From Squalus acanthias (taxonomy: Eukaryota): DNA of 64,000 nt. The notes beneath the pieces were generated by a model. The model was not told the origin of the DNA and made no database searches. It saw nothing but the letters and a program-made list of their open reading frames with translations. This document shows, one piece after another, positions 62,871 through 64,000 of the stretch. The position numbers were made by a program, and so were the translations under genes. Location: assembly GCA_030390025.1 (NCBI GenBank), contig CM059431.1, positions 106,146,001-106,210,000 of the forward strand. Reading direction: 5' to 3'. The stretch's first letter is position 1. Each line of letters starts with the position of its first letter.

Positions 62871-63562
62871 TTAAATAATCAAATGTATTCAATAGCATTA
62901 TATGGGCCCATTATTAGATGACACATCTTGCTCCTGAGCCATGAATTTTCACCATGACAGGGAGGATGGTCCAAATATATACGAAAGAACATTAACTAAG
63001 TATAATTTCTAGGATGAATTCGTTTTTTTATCATCGTGTTGAACAACGCTAAAGAAAATATATTTATTACTTGATCAAAAAACCCGATACGCATACTATT
63101 CAGTAGGCTGCAAATATCCCAAACCACTTCTTTTGTCCATGGGCAGTGCCACCGAACGTCAACTCGTTCTTTTCAAAACAGTGAAGCTTCCACATTGCAA
63201 AAATGTTCAGCGCCTTCCATTGTAGCATATCTGTTAGGTCGAATTAATCCCGCGTTCCTTAAGATTATAGCTTGTTCTTTTTAATTCTAATACATATGCT
63301 AATTGCCCAGATGATAAATTGGGGACTAAAAATATCCTGTGGCACAGTATTATGTTAGCAGCCTTCAATCAAGCAGGAGTGAAGAGCAGATTAAATGTGT
63401 TCAGCGTAAAAGGATCATGCCTCTGTCAGTTGCCTTAATGACAAATTGATTCTAAAAATTTCTGTCAATTAAGTCTTCGAATCAATTTGTCACATTGTAT
63501 ATCACTATGCTTATATTACATTACTTGTTCTGTCGGATTTCATATTTGACCTGCAACTCAAT

Positions 63563-63770
63563 AACAACAACAACTTGCATTTATATAGCGCCTTTAACGT
63601 AGCGAAACGTCCCGCAGCGCGGCACAGGAACGTTATCAAAAACAAAATTTGACACTAAGCCACATAAGGAGATATTAGGACAAGCTTGGTCAAAGAGGCA
63701 GGTTTTAAGGAGTGTCTTAATGGAGGAGAGAGAGGTAGAGGGGCGGAGAGGTTTAGGGAGGGAATTCCAA
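63563..63770 (-). mobile_element. L2 3' fragment
   Basis: LWNSLPKPLR...KTLLKT; (aac)n. Confidence 0.85.
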
Positions 63771-63799
63771 AGACTTACTTCGGAGAGCAAGTCCAAAAC

Positions 63800-64000
63800 C
63801 TATGTGCACATTACAAGTATTTGCACGTTACATGTTCTTGCCCACTCGCTTAGCCTGTCTATATCCCCTTGAAGCCTGTTTGCATCCTCCTCACAACTTA
63901 CATTCCCACCCAACTTTGCATCATCAGCAAACTTGGATATATTACATTTGGTCCCCTCATCCAAATCATTGATGTAGATTGTGAATAGCTGAGGCCCAAG
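63800..64000 (-). mobile_element. CR1 RT fragment (runs off the window)
   Basis: Minus strand LGPQLFTIYINDLDEGTKCNISKFADDAKLGG. Confidence 0.88.

Overview
Eukaryotic, repeat-dense, apparently non-coding (intronic or intergenic) DNA. The repeat families point to a cartilaginous fish, most likely a shark; this is an inference from family recognition, not from a search. I could not identify any host protein-coding gene. Most listed ORFs are LINE fragments or their antisense frames. Contents: (i) many 5'-truncated CR1-group LINEs, L2 fragments and two tRNA-derived SINE families; (ii) PIF/Harbinger-type non-autonomous elements with G-rich TIRs and 3-bp TSDs, one retaining a Myb/SANT-like coding remnant; (iii) a 222-bp solo LTR with a 5-bp TSD and a possible second LTR; (iv) a 58-bp minisatellite. 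The highlight is a young Penelope-like (RT + GIY-YIG) retroelement family carrying minimal hammerhead ribozymes, present in three forms, each with its own TSD: a 2-kb copy with 220-bp inverted repeats (26695-28749), a 288-bp non-coding fold-back copy (48094-48381) and an 82-bp ribozyme-only insert (7163-7244). A second family shows the same architecture at 22157-22288. Boundaries of degenerate repeats are approximate.
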